From an uncultured bacterium (GTDB lineage: Bacteria > Babelota > Babeliae > Babelales > Vermiphilaceae), in assembly GCA_963695335.1 (NCBI GenBank), contig OY968764.1:896001-960000 (forward strand): DNA of 64,000 bases, read 5' to 3'. The notes beneath the pieces are model-generated. The model searched no databases. It had not been told where the DNA came from and saw only the letters and a program-made list of their open reading frames with translations. A program made the position numbers and the translations under genes. Shown one piece after another: positions 8,746 to 18,415 of this stretch. The first letter of the stretch is position 1; every line of letters begins with the position of its first letter.

Positions 8746-10104
8746 ATGAACCGTTGTAAACATTATCTTTTATGTGCGTTGGCTGGAGCGTTGTTATTGT
8801 TGCCCATCACATCACAATATGCGTTAGATATTAATTGGTGGAAAGAAAAGATGTCACAGTATCAAGAGACATTGCAAAAAACAATGCCTGGAGCACTTGT
8901 AGCACTTGGCGTTGCAGGAGCTATGTATTATTGGTGGACACGTAAAAAGGGTGGTGATGATTCAGGGAAAGGTGGAGAAAATCTGATCCCTAAAGATTTG
9001 TTAAAAACTCCAACTCTTAAACAATACCAAGTATACTCACAGTTCAATAGGGACGGCGGTGGTGCTGCGAGCTGTGGATATCAAACTCTTTTGAGGGGAA
9101 TGCAGATTGTTAGAGCAAAGAATGGAAATGAGAATGATGTAGATTTGGAAAAGACATTGATGGATTCTAGTACTATAGCAGTATATTTTGGTCCAGGTGG
9201 TGAATGGCGTGAAGATATTATTGCATGGCGAAAAAATCAAGAATTAAGAAAAGCATTACATGAAAAATTTTTGTCAGTTTTAGCAAAAAATTGTGATGCC
9301 ATAGTGCAAGCTCGGTATGGATCGCAAGTATATGAACCAATTATAGCAGCATTGAAGAGTAAAAAACTTACCAGTGATAAAGCAAGAGATTTATATGCAT
9401 CGGCATTAGGATCTTTAGAGAATATAGTGATGGTTATAGCGAAAAATCCAGTAGAACTGAGCAATCAGTACGAATTTACTGATGAAGCAATTTGCGATTA
9501 CTTGGCAAAATCATTAGAGCTTTTCAAAAATGAAACAAATGAAGGTCTTATTAAAATATTACAGCAACCTGAAATGATAAGCGAATGTTTTAATTTGGAG
9601 CGAATGAGAAAAGAATTTTTGTCTGAAAGTTTTCTTTTTGATTTACCACAATTTATTCAGATAATATATAGTAATCCTGATTTAAGCGAAGATTTTGCAG
9701 GAGATTGGTTAAGTGATGGCGAACTTGAATATTTATGGCAAGAACATCGAGTGGATATTGTACCATTACAAGTTAATTGTGGTTTTAAAGCGATTGGTAA
9801 TTTCGAGTTAGTTGATAATCCACAATACCCTAAGGAATTTGATGAAGTGGCAGTTTATGTTGATGAGGCTATAAAACCATTATTAAATAAGAAACGACAA
9901 ATGTTTCAAATTTTTGCCTTGGGAACAATGCGACAAACTGGTTCAAGTACTGGTACAAGAGGTCATTGGTATCCACTTGTGATGTATCAAAATCAAAATG
10001 GTGAACGCAGTTATTACATTACAGACTCTTTGAGAAATACAGATCGTACTCGTGATATAAATGCATGGAAAATTATCAATTTGATAGAAAAAGCAGCGAA
10101 GTAA
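8746..10104 (+). CDS. Secreted/membrane-anchored protein, putative papain-fold cysteine protease
   Basis: Signal peptide + TM; Q..SCGY, GHWYPL, YITDSL. Confidence 0.55.
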   Translation: MNRCKHYLLCALAGALLLLPITSQYALDINWWKEKMSQYQETLQKTMPGALVALGVAGAMYYWWTRKKGGDDSGKGGENLIPKDLLKTPTLKQYQVYSQFNRDGGGAASCGYQTLLRGMQIVRAKNGNENDVDLEKTLMDSSTIAVYFGPGGEWREDIIAWRKNQELRKALHEKFLSVLAKNCDAIVQARYGSQVYEPIIAALKSKKLTSDKARDLYASALGSLENIVMVIAKNPVELSNQYEFTDEAICDYLAKSLELFKNETNEGLIKILQQPEMISECFNLERMRKEFLSESFLFDLPQFIQIIYSNPDLSEDFAGDWLSDGELEYLWQEHRVDIVPLQVNCGFKAIGNFELVDNPQYPKEFDEVAVYVDEAIKPLLNKKRQMFQIFALGTMRQTGSSTGTRGHWYPLVMYQNQNGERSYYITDSLRNTDRTRDINAWKIINLIEKAAK

Positions 10105-10111
10105 TATAGAT

Positions 10112-10147
10112 AAAAAAGGCAGGTTCTTATTGAGGGCCTGCCTTTTT
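10112..10147. terminator. Bidirectional intrinsic terminator
   Basis: AAAAAAGGCAGGTTCT-TATTG-AGGGCCTGCCTTTTT between convergent genes. Confidence 0.8.
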
Positions 10148-10152
10148 GTTTG

Positions 10153-11529
10153 TTACTTTTTAATCACATCATAAAAATAATGAGCACCATCTTTAAACGT
10201 GCGTTTCATAGTTGCGCGATCAACTGAAAATAGACCAAATTGTGTATCATAGTTGCCCCAAGAAAATCCATCCAAGAAACTATAATAGTAGTAACCTTCT
10301 ACATTATAACCATCGGCCAGTGCTTTTGATGTTGCATAAATGTGACGTTTAATAAATAAATCTCTCACGCTTTCATCATGCGTTGCAATACCATTTTGTG
10401 TGATGATCATGGGAATATTTAATTTTTTTGCAAGATTATCAGATACATTTTTGATTGCAAAATATAATCCTTCCGGATAGACCGTAATACCTGGAACATC
10501 TGTTGCGGTTTCTCCAGGGTTGCTCACATGATTTACAATATTTTTTAAGTATCCATGACTATGATAATTGATGCCGATAAAATCGAGTGATTTTGGTGCG
10601 TAATGATTAACATGTTTTACCCATGCACCAGCTTTGCCCGGGAGTGGAAATTTAAGATTAAAAACTCCCGTGGTAAAGAAGTTGTAAAATGAACCGTTGG
10701 TGAGCATATTTGCAATATAACAACTTGGTTTGTCCCAAAGATGCCACGGTTCAAGTAAGTGAATATGTTTGATAATACCAATGCGTGAAGTGCTTCCGTG
10801 AGGTGCATTTTTTATTTTTTTGTAGACATGGACATGAGCTTCAAACTCATTTTTTAAAACTGTTGCTGCACGGTGTAGATTGCGTATTCCTGGAGGCGTT
10901 GTTCCAATTAAATAACCAAGAACAGCATAATTTTCTGGTGCCCAAAATGTAATCCAACGATCAACTCTTGTGCCAAGCACTTCGTGCATTTTCAGGCAAT
11001 ATCGTTCAAAAAGATGAAGATTTTTTTCATATTCAAAACCGCCAATATAACCCCACCAGAGTGGATCGCAGTAATCTTTAAGAATAACGGTGATACTAAT
11101 ATCATTTTTAATTAATTCATCACATAAATCTGCATACTGTTGTAAAACTTCTTCATTAAAACAGCCCTGTTCTGGTTCAACTCTGCTCCAATCAATAGAA
11201 AAACAATATGTTGTGATTCCCATCTCTTTCATCAGTTGCACATCATTTTTATAGTTTTGAGTATGTGCTGCAGCGTTACCTGAACGTGTTGTGGTAAAAG
11301 GAGTTTTGCTATTGTTGCCAGTATGGTTTTCCCATGTGTACCATGTGCTTGATTTTGAGTAGCCATCAGTTTCATATGATATTGTTGTTAATCCCCATTC
11401 AAATGATTGTGGGAATTGTATTGCATGAACATTGATGTTTTGCCATTTCCAATACGTTGTGGGGAGTAAGGTGCAGTGAGTGAGAAGAGTGAGAATGGTA
11501 AGAATTGATATTTTTTTTGTGTGGTTCAT
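10153..11529 (-). CDS. GH1 family protein lacking both catalytic glutamates
   Basis: FPQSFEWG, DWSRVEP, DFIGINY, YPEG present; NEP is WAP and TENG is TQNG. Confidence 0.85.
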   Translation of the reverse strand: MNHTKKISILTILTLLTHCTLLPTTYWKWQNINVHAIQFPQSFEWGLTTISYETDGYSKSSTWYTWENHTGNNSKTPFTTTRSGNAAAHTQNYKNDVQLMKEMGITTYCFSIDWSRVEPEQGCFNEEVLQQYADLCDELIKNDISITVILKDYCDPLWWGYIGGFEYEKNLHLFERYCLKMHEVLGTRVDRWITFWAPENYAVLGYLIGTTPPGIRNLHRAATVLKNEFEAHVHVYKKIKNAPHGSTSRIGIIKHIHLLEPWHLWDKPSCYIANMLTNGSFYNFFTTGVFNLKFPLPGKAGAWVKHVNHYAPKSLDFIGINYHSHGYLKNIVNHVSNPGETATDVPGITVYPEGLYFAIKNVSDNLAKKLNIPMIITQNGIATHDESVRDLFIKRHIYATSKALADGYNVEGYYYYSFLDGFSWGNYDTQFGLFSVDRATMKRTFKDGAHYFYDVIKK

Positions 11530-11648
11530 CGGATGTCTCCAAAAAATGTAATGTTTCTTGTTATTACATTACCATAAAAAACAAAAAAAAGCCCCGAAAA
11601 TCGGGGCTCAATAGTAATAGTTTAACTCTATTTATGCAAAGAATGGTT

Positions 11649-11682
11649 GCTTGTCCTTCGAAGCCTTTACCAAAAGTAGGGG
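11649..11682. repeat. Degenerate type B/C repeat
   Basis: GCTTGTCCTTCGAAGCCTT...AAGTAGGG resembles 42890-42922 and 23679-23712. Confidence 0.6.
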
Positions 11683-11711
11683 CCTGGATTTATTGCTTTT
11701 TTTGGTTTCAT

Positions 11712-11794
11712 CCGTTAATTTTAACCATGAGAGATCAAAAATAACCGTCGTTTTTGACCATATAGTCTTCAAATTAATCGTCTTTTTTAACCAT
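11712..11794. repeat. Three imperfect direct repeats with exact 33-nt period
   Basis: CCGTTAATTTTAACCAT / CCGTCGTTTTTGACCAT / TCGTCTTTTTTAACCAT, ending at 11728, 11761, 11794. Confidence 0.7.
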
Positions 11795-11809
11795 GGAGGT
11801 GCTTTTTTC

Positions 11810-13156
11810 ATGAAAAGATTAATTGATCATTATCTCATGGAATGGAAACAATCCCCATATCGTAAGTCATTATTATTACGAGGGGCTCGCCAGATTGGTA
11901 AAACGTATGCTGTACGCCAATTAGGAAAAACATACAAATCTTTTGTAGAAATCAACTTTGAAATTATTACATCTGCTCAGGAAGTTTTTGAATATGATCT
12001 TGAACCAGAACGTATCATGAGTGCTTTATCTCTTATTGCGGGACAACAAATTGTTCCAGGAGAAACATTGTTGTTCTTTGATGAAATTCAACAAACTCCT
12101 CGGGCACTCACATCATTGCGTTATTTTTATGAAAAAGTTCCTGAGTTGCATGTGATTGCTGCAGGATCATTGCTTGATTTTGCTATTCAATTGGTTGGTA
12201 TTCCCGTTGGTAGAGTTCAATCATTGTATATGTATCCACTTTCATTTTTTGAATTCTTGTGTGCATGTGGTTATGAAATGCTTGCGGCAGAAATTATGCC
12301 AGGCACATATCATGGTCAATTAAGCGATGTTATTCATCGTAAATTGCTTTTATTGTTTGGAGAATATTGTGCAATCGGCGGTATGCCAGAAGTGGTGATT
12401 CGTTGGCGAGAAACAAAAAATCCATTATTGTGTTTTGAAATTCATCACACCCTTATTGATACGTATAAACAAGATTTTGGCAAATATGCGGAAAAGTTTC
12501 AGATTAAATATTTGGCGACACTGTTTAACGCAATTCCACGGTTTTGGGGAACAAAATTTAAATATAGCGCAATAGAAGGAGAATACAGAAAACGTGAACT
12601 TTCACCATGTTTAGATTTACTGGTAACTGCTGGCGTTGTTCACTCCGTTATGCGGAGTGCAGGTAATGGGGTTCCATTAGGTGCAGAGGTTGATTTTGAA
12701 CAATTTAAACTTATTTTGTTGGATTGTGCGCTTGGTCAAGCACTATTAGGACTTGATTTAAAGGCGTGGTTTTTGTCTCCAGAACAGGAATTTGTTAATA
12801 AAGGAGCGGTAACTGAAGCGCTTATTGGACAAGAAATATTGGCGTATGCGCATCCAGCACGCAAAGCAGATTTGTTTTATTGGACAAGAAATGCACCAGG
12901 CAGTGAAGCAGAAGTTGATTATCTTATCACAGACCAAGGTAAAGTTGTTCCTGTAGAAGTTAAAAGTGGTGCAGGAAGTACATTAAAAAGCATGCACATG
13001 TTTTTAGATAGTCATCAGAACTCTTCGTATGGATTACGATTTTCAACACAAAATTATTCGATATATGAAAAAATACATTCATATCCATTATATGCTGTTG
13101 CAACTGTTATTAAAGATCATGGACATGATATGAAGGCATATGAAAATTTATTATAA
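11810..13156 (+). CDS. AAA_14-type ATPase with C-terminal DUF4143/PD-(D/E)xK-like domain
   Basis: GGAGG RBS; GARQIGKT, FFDEIQ, GGMPE, EVDY...PVEVKSG. Confidence 0.9.
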   Translation: MKRLIDHYLMEWKQSPYRKSLLLRGARQIGKTYAVRQLGKTYKSFVEINFEIITSAQEVFEYDLEPERIMSALSLIAGQQIVPGETLLFFDEIQQTPRALTSLRYFYEKVPELHVIAAGSLLDFAIQLVGIPVGRVQSLYMYPLSFFEFLCACGYEMLAAEIMPGTYHGQLSDVIHRKLLLLFGEYCAIGGMPEVVIRWRETKNPLLCFEIHHTLIDTYKQDFGKYAEKFQIKYLATLFNAIPRFWGTKFKYSAIEGEYRKRELSPCLDLLVTAGVVHSVMRSAGNGVPLGAEVDFEQFKLILLDCALGQALLGLDLKAWFLSPEQEFVNKGAVTEALIGQEILAYAHPARKADLFYWTRNAPGSEAEVDYLITDQGKVVPVEVKSGAGSTLKSMHMFLDSHQNSSYGLRFSTQNYSIYEKIHSYPLYAVATVIKDHGHDMKAYENLL

Positions 13157-13275
13157 AAAATGTAGATTGCGGATTAAAAAAGTTTTTAAAAAAAGAAAAC
13201 AGGATCTTAAATTTGCTTATACGCAAGCCAGTCAAGATCCTGATAGATTAAAAATTATTGCAGAATGGGATGTTA

Positions 13276-14382
13276 TTAAACATTAAAACGCACGTGCACA
13301 ATATCACCATCTTGAACAAGGTAATTTTGCCCCTCAATACGCAATTTACCAGCGGTTTTAATAGCAGGTTCTGTTTTATGGGTAACCAAGTCATGGTACC
13401 CAAATGTTTCTGAGCAGATAAATCCACGTTCTAAATCTGAATGTATTTCACCAGAAGCTTGGCGAATGGTAACACCTTTGCGCACAGGCCATGCATGAAT
13501 TTCTTTTGGTCCGCAGGTAAAGAAGGTGATAAGACCAAGATTGTCGTATGTTTTTTTAATAATAATATCCAAGCTTGGTTGTGCAATTCCCATCATATCC
13601 ATAAATTCTTGTGCTTCAGCCGGTTCCATTTGTGTGAGTTCATATTCCACACGTGCACTGATGGGAACAACGTATTCTGAGCCAAAATGTTTAACAACTG
13701 CTTGATAATGTTTATTGGTCAGATATTGCTGATTTTCCAATTCACCTTCGGCGATGTTGGCAATAACGATGAAATTTTTGGTGCTGAGTAATGGAATCAT
13801 CTCAGCGGATGTTTTTTTGACAAGTTCTTTTGCTTTGGCAGCATCACCATTTTCAAGAGCAATGCGTACCACTTTGAGCGTTTCAAATTCATCGGTGAAG
13901 TTTTTTTGTTCTGCAGCAGTCAGTTTACCTTTGAGCGATTTTTCTACTTTTGGGATACGTTTATCAATGGATTCAATATCTTTGAGCATGAGCTCAGCCA
14001 TGATAATTTCAAAATCGCTGATAGGATCAACTTCAGTTGTTCTGACAATATTAGGGTCCTCAAAACAGCGCAAGACATGCAAAATAAGATCAACTTCACG
14101 AATGTTGCTTAAAAATTGATTACCAAGACCTTCGCCAGTTGCAGCTCCTTTTACAAGGCCAGCAATATCCACAAAAGAAACAGTTGCAGGAATAATTTTG
14201 ACTGAATTATAGAGCTTTTTGAGTTGTTCAAGACGTTCATCAGGAACTTCTGTGATTGCAACATGAGGATCAATAGTACAGAATGGATAGTTTTCCATAG
14301 GAATGCTTGATTTGGTAAGTGCATTAAATAAAGTTGATTTTCCTACGTTAGGAAGTCCGACAAGTCCGGCTTTGATACTCAT
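13276..14382 (-). CDS. ychF: Ribosome-binding ATPase YchF
   Basis: GLPNVGKST, NYPFCTIDP, DIAGLVKGA, EIHSDLERGFI. Confidence 0.97.
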   Translation of the reverse strand: MSIKAGLVGLPNVGKSTLFNALTKSSIPMENYPFCTIDPHVAITEVPDERLEQLKKLYNSVKIIPATVSFVDIAGLVKGAATGEGLGNQFLSNIREVDLILHVLRCFEDPNIVRTTEVDPISDFEIIMAELMLKDIESIDKRIPKVEKSLKGKLTAAEQKNFTDEFETLKVVRIALENGDAAKAKELVKKTSAEMIPLLSTKNFIVIANIAEGELENQQYLTNKHYQAVVKHFGSEYVVPISARVEYELTQMEPAEAQEFMDMMGIAQPSLDIIIKKTYDNLGLITFFTCGPKEIHAWPVRKGVTIRQASGEIHSDLERGFICSETFGYHDLVTHKTEPAIKTAGKLRIEGQNYLVQDGDIVHVRFNV

Positions 14383-14412
14383 TAAGTTACTTTCAAGGTT
14401 TAGTTTTTTCAG

Positions 14413-14477
14413 GCGCTCATCCTGAGCCTGTCGAAGGATTAAAGCGCTTAATTCTTCAACAAGTTCAGAATGAGCGC
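14413..14477. repeat. Type A palindromic repeat upstream of ychF
   Basis: GCGCTCATCCTGAGCCTGTCGAAGGAT...ATTCTTCAACAAGTTCAGAATGAGCGC. Confidence 0.85.
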
Positions 14478-14661
14478 GATAAGAAATGGATTTGGCAGGT
14501 TAAGGTAAGCTTTAATATGTATATATGTTTTAGTGTGCGTTAAAAAGCTATTTTACGCAATTTTTTTAATGCAGTACATTTTTTATTGCACAAAAAAATG
14601 GGGTGTGTTAATACTGTGAATAGAGTTATTTATATATTGTTCCCAAAAAAGGAGTAGTTCT

Positions 14662-14919
14662 ATGATGATGCATTCACCTATGATGAAGATGGTTGGTATG
14701 GCAACGTGGATAATTACAGCATTGGCTTCTATTAATATGTTAACTGGTCTTTATGGTTATGATTTCTTTGCGTGGATGATGAACTCTATGCCAGGTATGG
14801 TAATGCCAGCTGTGTGGATTGTAGGTATTTCTGGTATGATTAGTCTTGCTATGTTTGTTAAAGGTTTTATGTGTTGTCCAGGATGCGGAATGTGTCCTTG
14901 TAACTGCAATAAAATGTAA
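14662..14919 (+). CDS. Small Met/Cys-rich membrane protein (DUF378-like)
   Basis: RBS AAGGAG; two hydrophobic helices; C-terminal CCPGCGMCPCNC; downstream terminator. Confidence 0.75.
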   Translation: MMMHSPMMKMVGMATWIITALASINMLTGLYGYDFFAWMMNSMPGMVMPAVWIVGISGMISLAMFVKGFMCCPGCGMCPCNCNKM

Positions 14920-15037
14920 TTATACATTACAAAGCTTTTAAGTAGATTATAAAAGTCCAACTTTGTGTTGGGCTTTTTTGTGTTTGAATGTATATTGGTG
15001 CGTGTAAGAATTATACGTTCAAAAATGAAGGAGTTTT

Positions 15038-15913
15038 GTGGTGAATAAATATTATGTATTGGCTTTATGTATATTTATGCATGCCATTAATGGCATGGAA
15101 AATGATTGGGATGCTCAAAAATACTCAAAAAATTCTGAATTGCAATTCAAAGCAGCTATGGGTGCGCTATCAAAAATAGAATTTAAAGGTAATGAAAAGG
15201 TGCTTGATATTGGATGTGGTGATGGTAGGGTGACAGCAGAAATTGCAAAAAGAGTTCCAAAAGGATCTGTTACAGGTGTGGATAAGTCAGAAAATCAGAT
15301 AAAGTATGCTCAAAATAATTATGCAGCAGATAATCTTTCATTTGATATTGTGGATATATCAAACGAAATGCGATGTCCATTTACGGGTATACCATACTAC
15401 GGTTTTAATCATCAATTTAATATAGTGACTGCATTTTCAACATTATCGTGGATACAAGATCAACCACAAGCATTTAAGAATATTGCATGGTTAATGGCTG
15501 TTGGGGGTAAGTTACGAGCAGGGCTTGCACATGAAGATAGTCCATATTTACGTGCTCGCTTTGGTATGTGTACGCATGATACATGGAAAGAATATTTTGT
15601 GAATTATGAAATTCCTTATTATCCAACTAATGAAGAAAAAGTAAGATACATGCTCAAATTGGCAGGTTTAAAAGAAGAGCTGGTAGCAAAAATTGAAGCT
15701 CCGCATTTGTTTAAAAATAGACAAGAGTTTATTGATTGGATGAGCGCAATTCCTGCACAAATTGATAGAATTCCGCAAGAGAGACATGAAGAATTTTTTA
15801 ATGATATTATTGATGAGTATTTAAAATCAGTGCCACAAGAAGAAGATGGTTCTATAAAACTCAGCATTTCAGCACTTGCAGTGCGTGCTGAATACGTTCC
15901 AAGTTGTTGGTAA
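15038..15913 (+). CDS. Class I SAM-dependent methyltransferase (Tam-like) with signal peptide
   Basis: WDAQKY, VLDIGCGDG, GVDKS. Confidence 0.88.
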   Translation: MVNKYYVLALCIFMHAINGMENDWDAQKYSKNSELQFKAAMGALSKIEFKGNEKVLDIGCGDGRVTAEIAKRVPKGSVTGVDKSENQIKYAQNNYAADNLSFDIVDISNEMRCPFTGIPYYGFNHQFNIVTAFSTLSWIQDQPQAFKNIAWLMAVGGKLRAGLAHEDSPYLRARFGMCTHDTWKEYFVNYEIPYYPTNEEKVRYMLKLAGLKEELVAKIEAPHLFKNRQEFIDWMSAIPAQIDRIPQERHEEFFNDIIDEYLKSVPQEEDGSIKLSISALAVRAEYVPSCW

Positions 15914-15937
15914 TTTATAAGAATAATAAAAAGTAGA

Positions 15938-15963
15938 AGAAGGGCGCTTTTGCGCCCTTCTTT
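15938..15963. terminator. Intrinsic terminator between convergent genes
   Basis: AGAAGGGCGC-TTTT-GCGCCCTTCT. Confidence 0.8.
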
Positions 15964-16001
15964 GTTGTAGTATCAACGGTTCGACTGATATAAAATATCA
16001 A

Positions 16002-18263
16002 TTATGCTGCTGAAGGTACCACAAAAGTTGGATTGGATAGTGGTATGTCGTTTACCATTTTATCCAATTCATGAGCAGTTACTACAGCGCCATAATATTC
16101 TACAGACTTGAATGTTTTATCATTACGTCCATCATACCAACCAAATAGTAAGTTGCCAGTTGTTGTATCGAGTGCCATTGATTGATATCCGCGATTAGCA
16201 GTATGGCTTGTGTTGATTCGAATTGCATCAGACCATGTCATACCATTATCACGTGAAATACTGAAGAATATCTGCATATTTTCAGAATAATTTGGATACT
16301 GAGGATTAACGAGCGCATAAAGTGCTTGACGGTTTTCATCAAAAATAATTGATTGAGGGGTCAGGGTAAAATATACAAATGATGTTGTGTCAGTCGCTGG
16401 ATTTGTTCCAGGAGCGAATTGTCCAAAATATTGGATTGTACTGTTATTTGAACTATTGACATCCCATGGCCCTGCATAATTCACATCTTGTGCTCCAGGT
16501 GATTTAAATACAATTGTTGATGGTTGAACATAGGCATATGGACTTGTATTAGGACCTTGACCACCAATCCATGGACCAGAATTTAACCAAAGTCTTCCAT
16601 CAGCACTTGCGGCTAAATCAGATTCTAGTTGTGCATTGGTAAGTCCAGATAGGGTAGTAATAGTTGGCGCTCCAAAACTTCCCAATCCTGTTATTGGTAT
16701 AAAGCCAACATTCGGATAAGCATTACCTGTTCCTGGCGTTTGATCAAATGTGCTTGCTTGGAACCAAAGTCCATAATTTCCTAATCCGTCACCACCAAAG
16801 CAATATTGTGGGTAATCGTAGATAGTACCAGTTAGAGGAGTTGGTAAAGTATAAATAACTTCAAAGGTAACCCCCCCGTTACTACTTACAGCAAATACTG
16901 GTTGATTAACAAGATTGCCCGCTGCATCAAAAAAAATAGTTGTACTATACCAAATATTACCAAATTTATCTGAAGATACTCCGCGAGCATCACCAAATCC
17001 ATCTGAGTAGCCGGGTATGATTTGCAAAGTACCATTCAATTGTTGGCTAGCTAGCATGTAAACGCTTTGTACAGTTTGAGCAATATTTACTGTATACGTT
17101 CCAACGCCACCGGTTCCAGTTCCAAAGCCAGTTATTATTGTTCCAGGAGTTATACCTGTTGCGGGAAGAAAAGCGTTATCTGTATAGAGCACATCGCCGA
17201 TTGCTATCGATCCAAAAGCCATATTGGTAACCGTTAGCGTATTGCCTGTTATTGATCCGGTAAATGCAGTGTATTCCCATGCGGCAGGCCATGTTTTGCC
17301 ACCATCAAATGATACTGCACGGCAAGGAGGAGCTGTAATGTTAGGATCTGTATAATCAATAACGCCATATGAAACCACAATATTATTTGGATTATTTCTG
17401 TTGATTGCAACTGCAGTATCCCAAGCAAGTACACCGGCAGGTAAATCAGTTAGTTGAATCGGGTTACCCATTTTGAGTTTACCATGCTTGTTTACTTTAC
17501 CAATAGCAACCATGGTATTCATGGTTCCATTGGTTTGATCTGCAACCATAGAATTATCGGTCCAAGAATATGCAACTATATTACCAAATGCATCGTTAAC
17601 ATGTGAGTCACGGAATCCATCTGTTGCTGGACCATCAGTGAATCCAGTTACATTAATAGGATTATCACTTATTTTTACATTTGCGTGCAATTTTTTAGGC
17701 TGACTTGCTGTGTAGGAAATTGAACAAGGCATTAAGATTTGGGGGCCAGCAGGAATAATATTACCAAAGGTTCCTGCGCATTGGATTTGCAATTCACCAG
17801 CATTGGTTACTTGCACAATATAACCTGCGGGAGGATTGGGTAACGTTGCAGGATCTTGCGTGAATGAAAATACAGGAGACATGCCATTATTAGATGCTGC
17901 TACAATAGAGCGAGGTGTTGCATCAATTGGGCGCAATTCTTTTGGCAAGAAACCATTTACTGTAAATAGATATCCGCCTGCGGGTGGGATGCCTGTATTG
18001 ATCTCACCGGATGGATAATATGGATTAATCGTAGAAACTTGACCTGTTTGAAAGTTAATCACGGGTAATTGCAGTGTGACAAGTGAATCATCTACATTCA
18101 CATCAAGGGTAACCCAAAATTCAGTTCCTTCAACAAGAAAACCAAGAGAGTCAGCAAGTTGTAGTTGGATATTATGTTGGAACGATTTATCATGAGCTGT
18201 AGTAATTGCACTACTGATGGCCATAAAACTGGCAAGTAATAAACGATATTTTACTTTAATCAT
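16002..18263 (-). CDS. Secreted Asp-box (BNR) beta-propeller, sialidase-like
   Basis: [30 protein letters not shown]. Confidence 0.75.
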   Translation of the reverse strand: MIKVKYRLLLASFMAISSAITTAHDKSFQHNIQLQLADSLGFLVEGTEFWVTLDVNVDDSLVTLQLPVINFQTGQVSTINPYYPSGEINTGIPPAGGYLFTVNGFLPKELRPIDATPRSIVAASNNGMSPVFSFTQDPATLPNPPAGYIVQVTNAGELQIQCAGTFGNIIPAGPQILMPCSISYTASQPKKLHANVKISDNPINVTGFTDGPATDGFRDSHVNDAFGNIVAYSWTDNSMVADQTNGTMNTMVAIGKVNKHGKLKMGNPIQLTDLPAGVLAWDTAVAINRNNPNNIVVSYGVIDYTDPNITAPPCRAVSFDGGKTWPAAWEYTAFTGSITGNTLTVTNMAFGSIAIGDVLYTDNAFLPATGITPGTIITGFGTGTGGVGTYTVNIAQTVQSVYMLASQQLNGTLQIIPGYSDGFGDARGVSSDKFGNIWYSTTIFFDAAGNLVNQPVFAVSSNGGVTFEVIYTLPTPLTGTIYDYPQYCFGGDGLGNYGLWFQASTFDQTPGTGNAYPNVGFIPITGLGSFGAPTITTLSGLTNAQLESDLAASADGRLWLNSGPWIGGQGPNTSPYAYVQPSTIVFKSPGAQDVNYAGPWDVNSSNNSTIQYFGQFAPGTNPATDTTSFVYFTLTPQSIIFDENRQALYALVNPQYPNYSENMQIFFSISRDNGMTWSDAIRINTSHTANRGYQSMALDTTTGNLLFGWYDGRNDKTFKSVEYYGAVVTAHELDKMVNDIPLSNPTFVVPSAA

Positions 18264-18415
18264 TACATTCCTTTGTGAAATATTGTACTCATTATACTTT
18301 TTTTGATGTGTGTGCGTAGATAATCCCTTTTTTTATTGTTTTTCTTTGTTAACACTGATTATAGAGATATAAAAAAAATTCAATAAAATGCAATGAGTTT
18401 GTTTTTTGCGATCAG

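Noticed and set aside
11712..11794. Possible CRISPR array
   Set aside because: Only three degenerate 17-nt units with ~16-nt spacers and no cas genes
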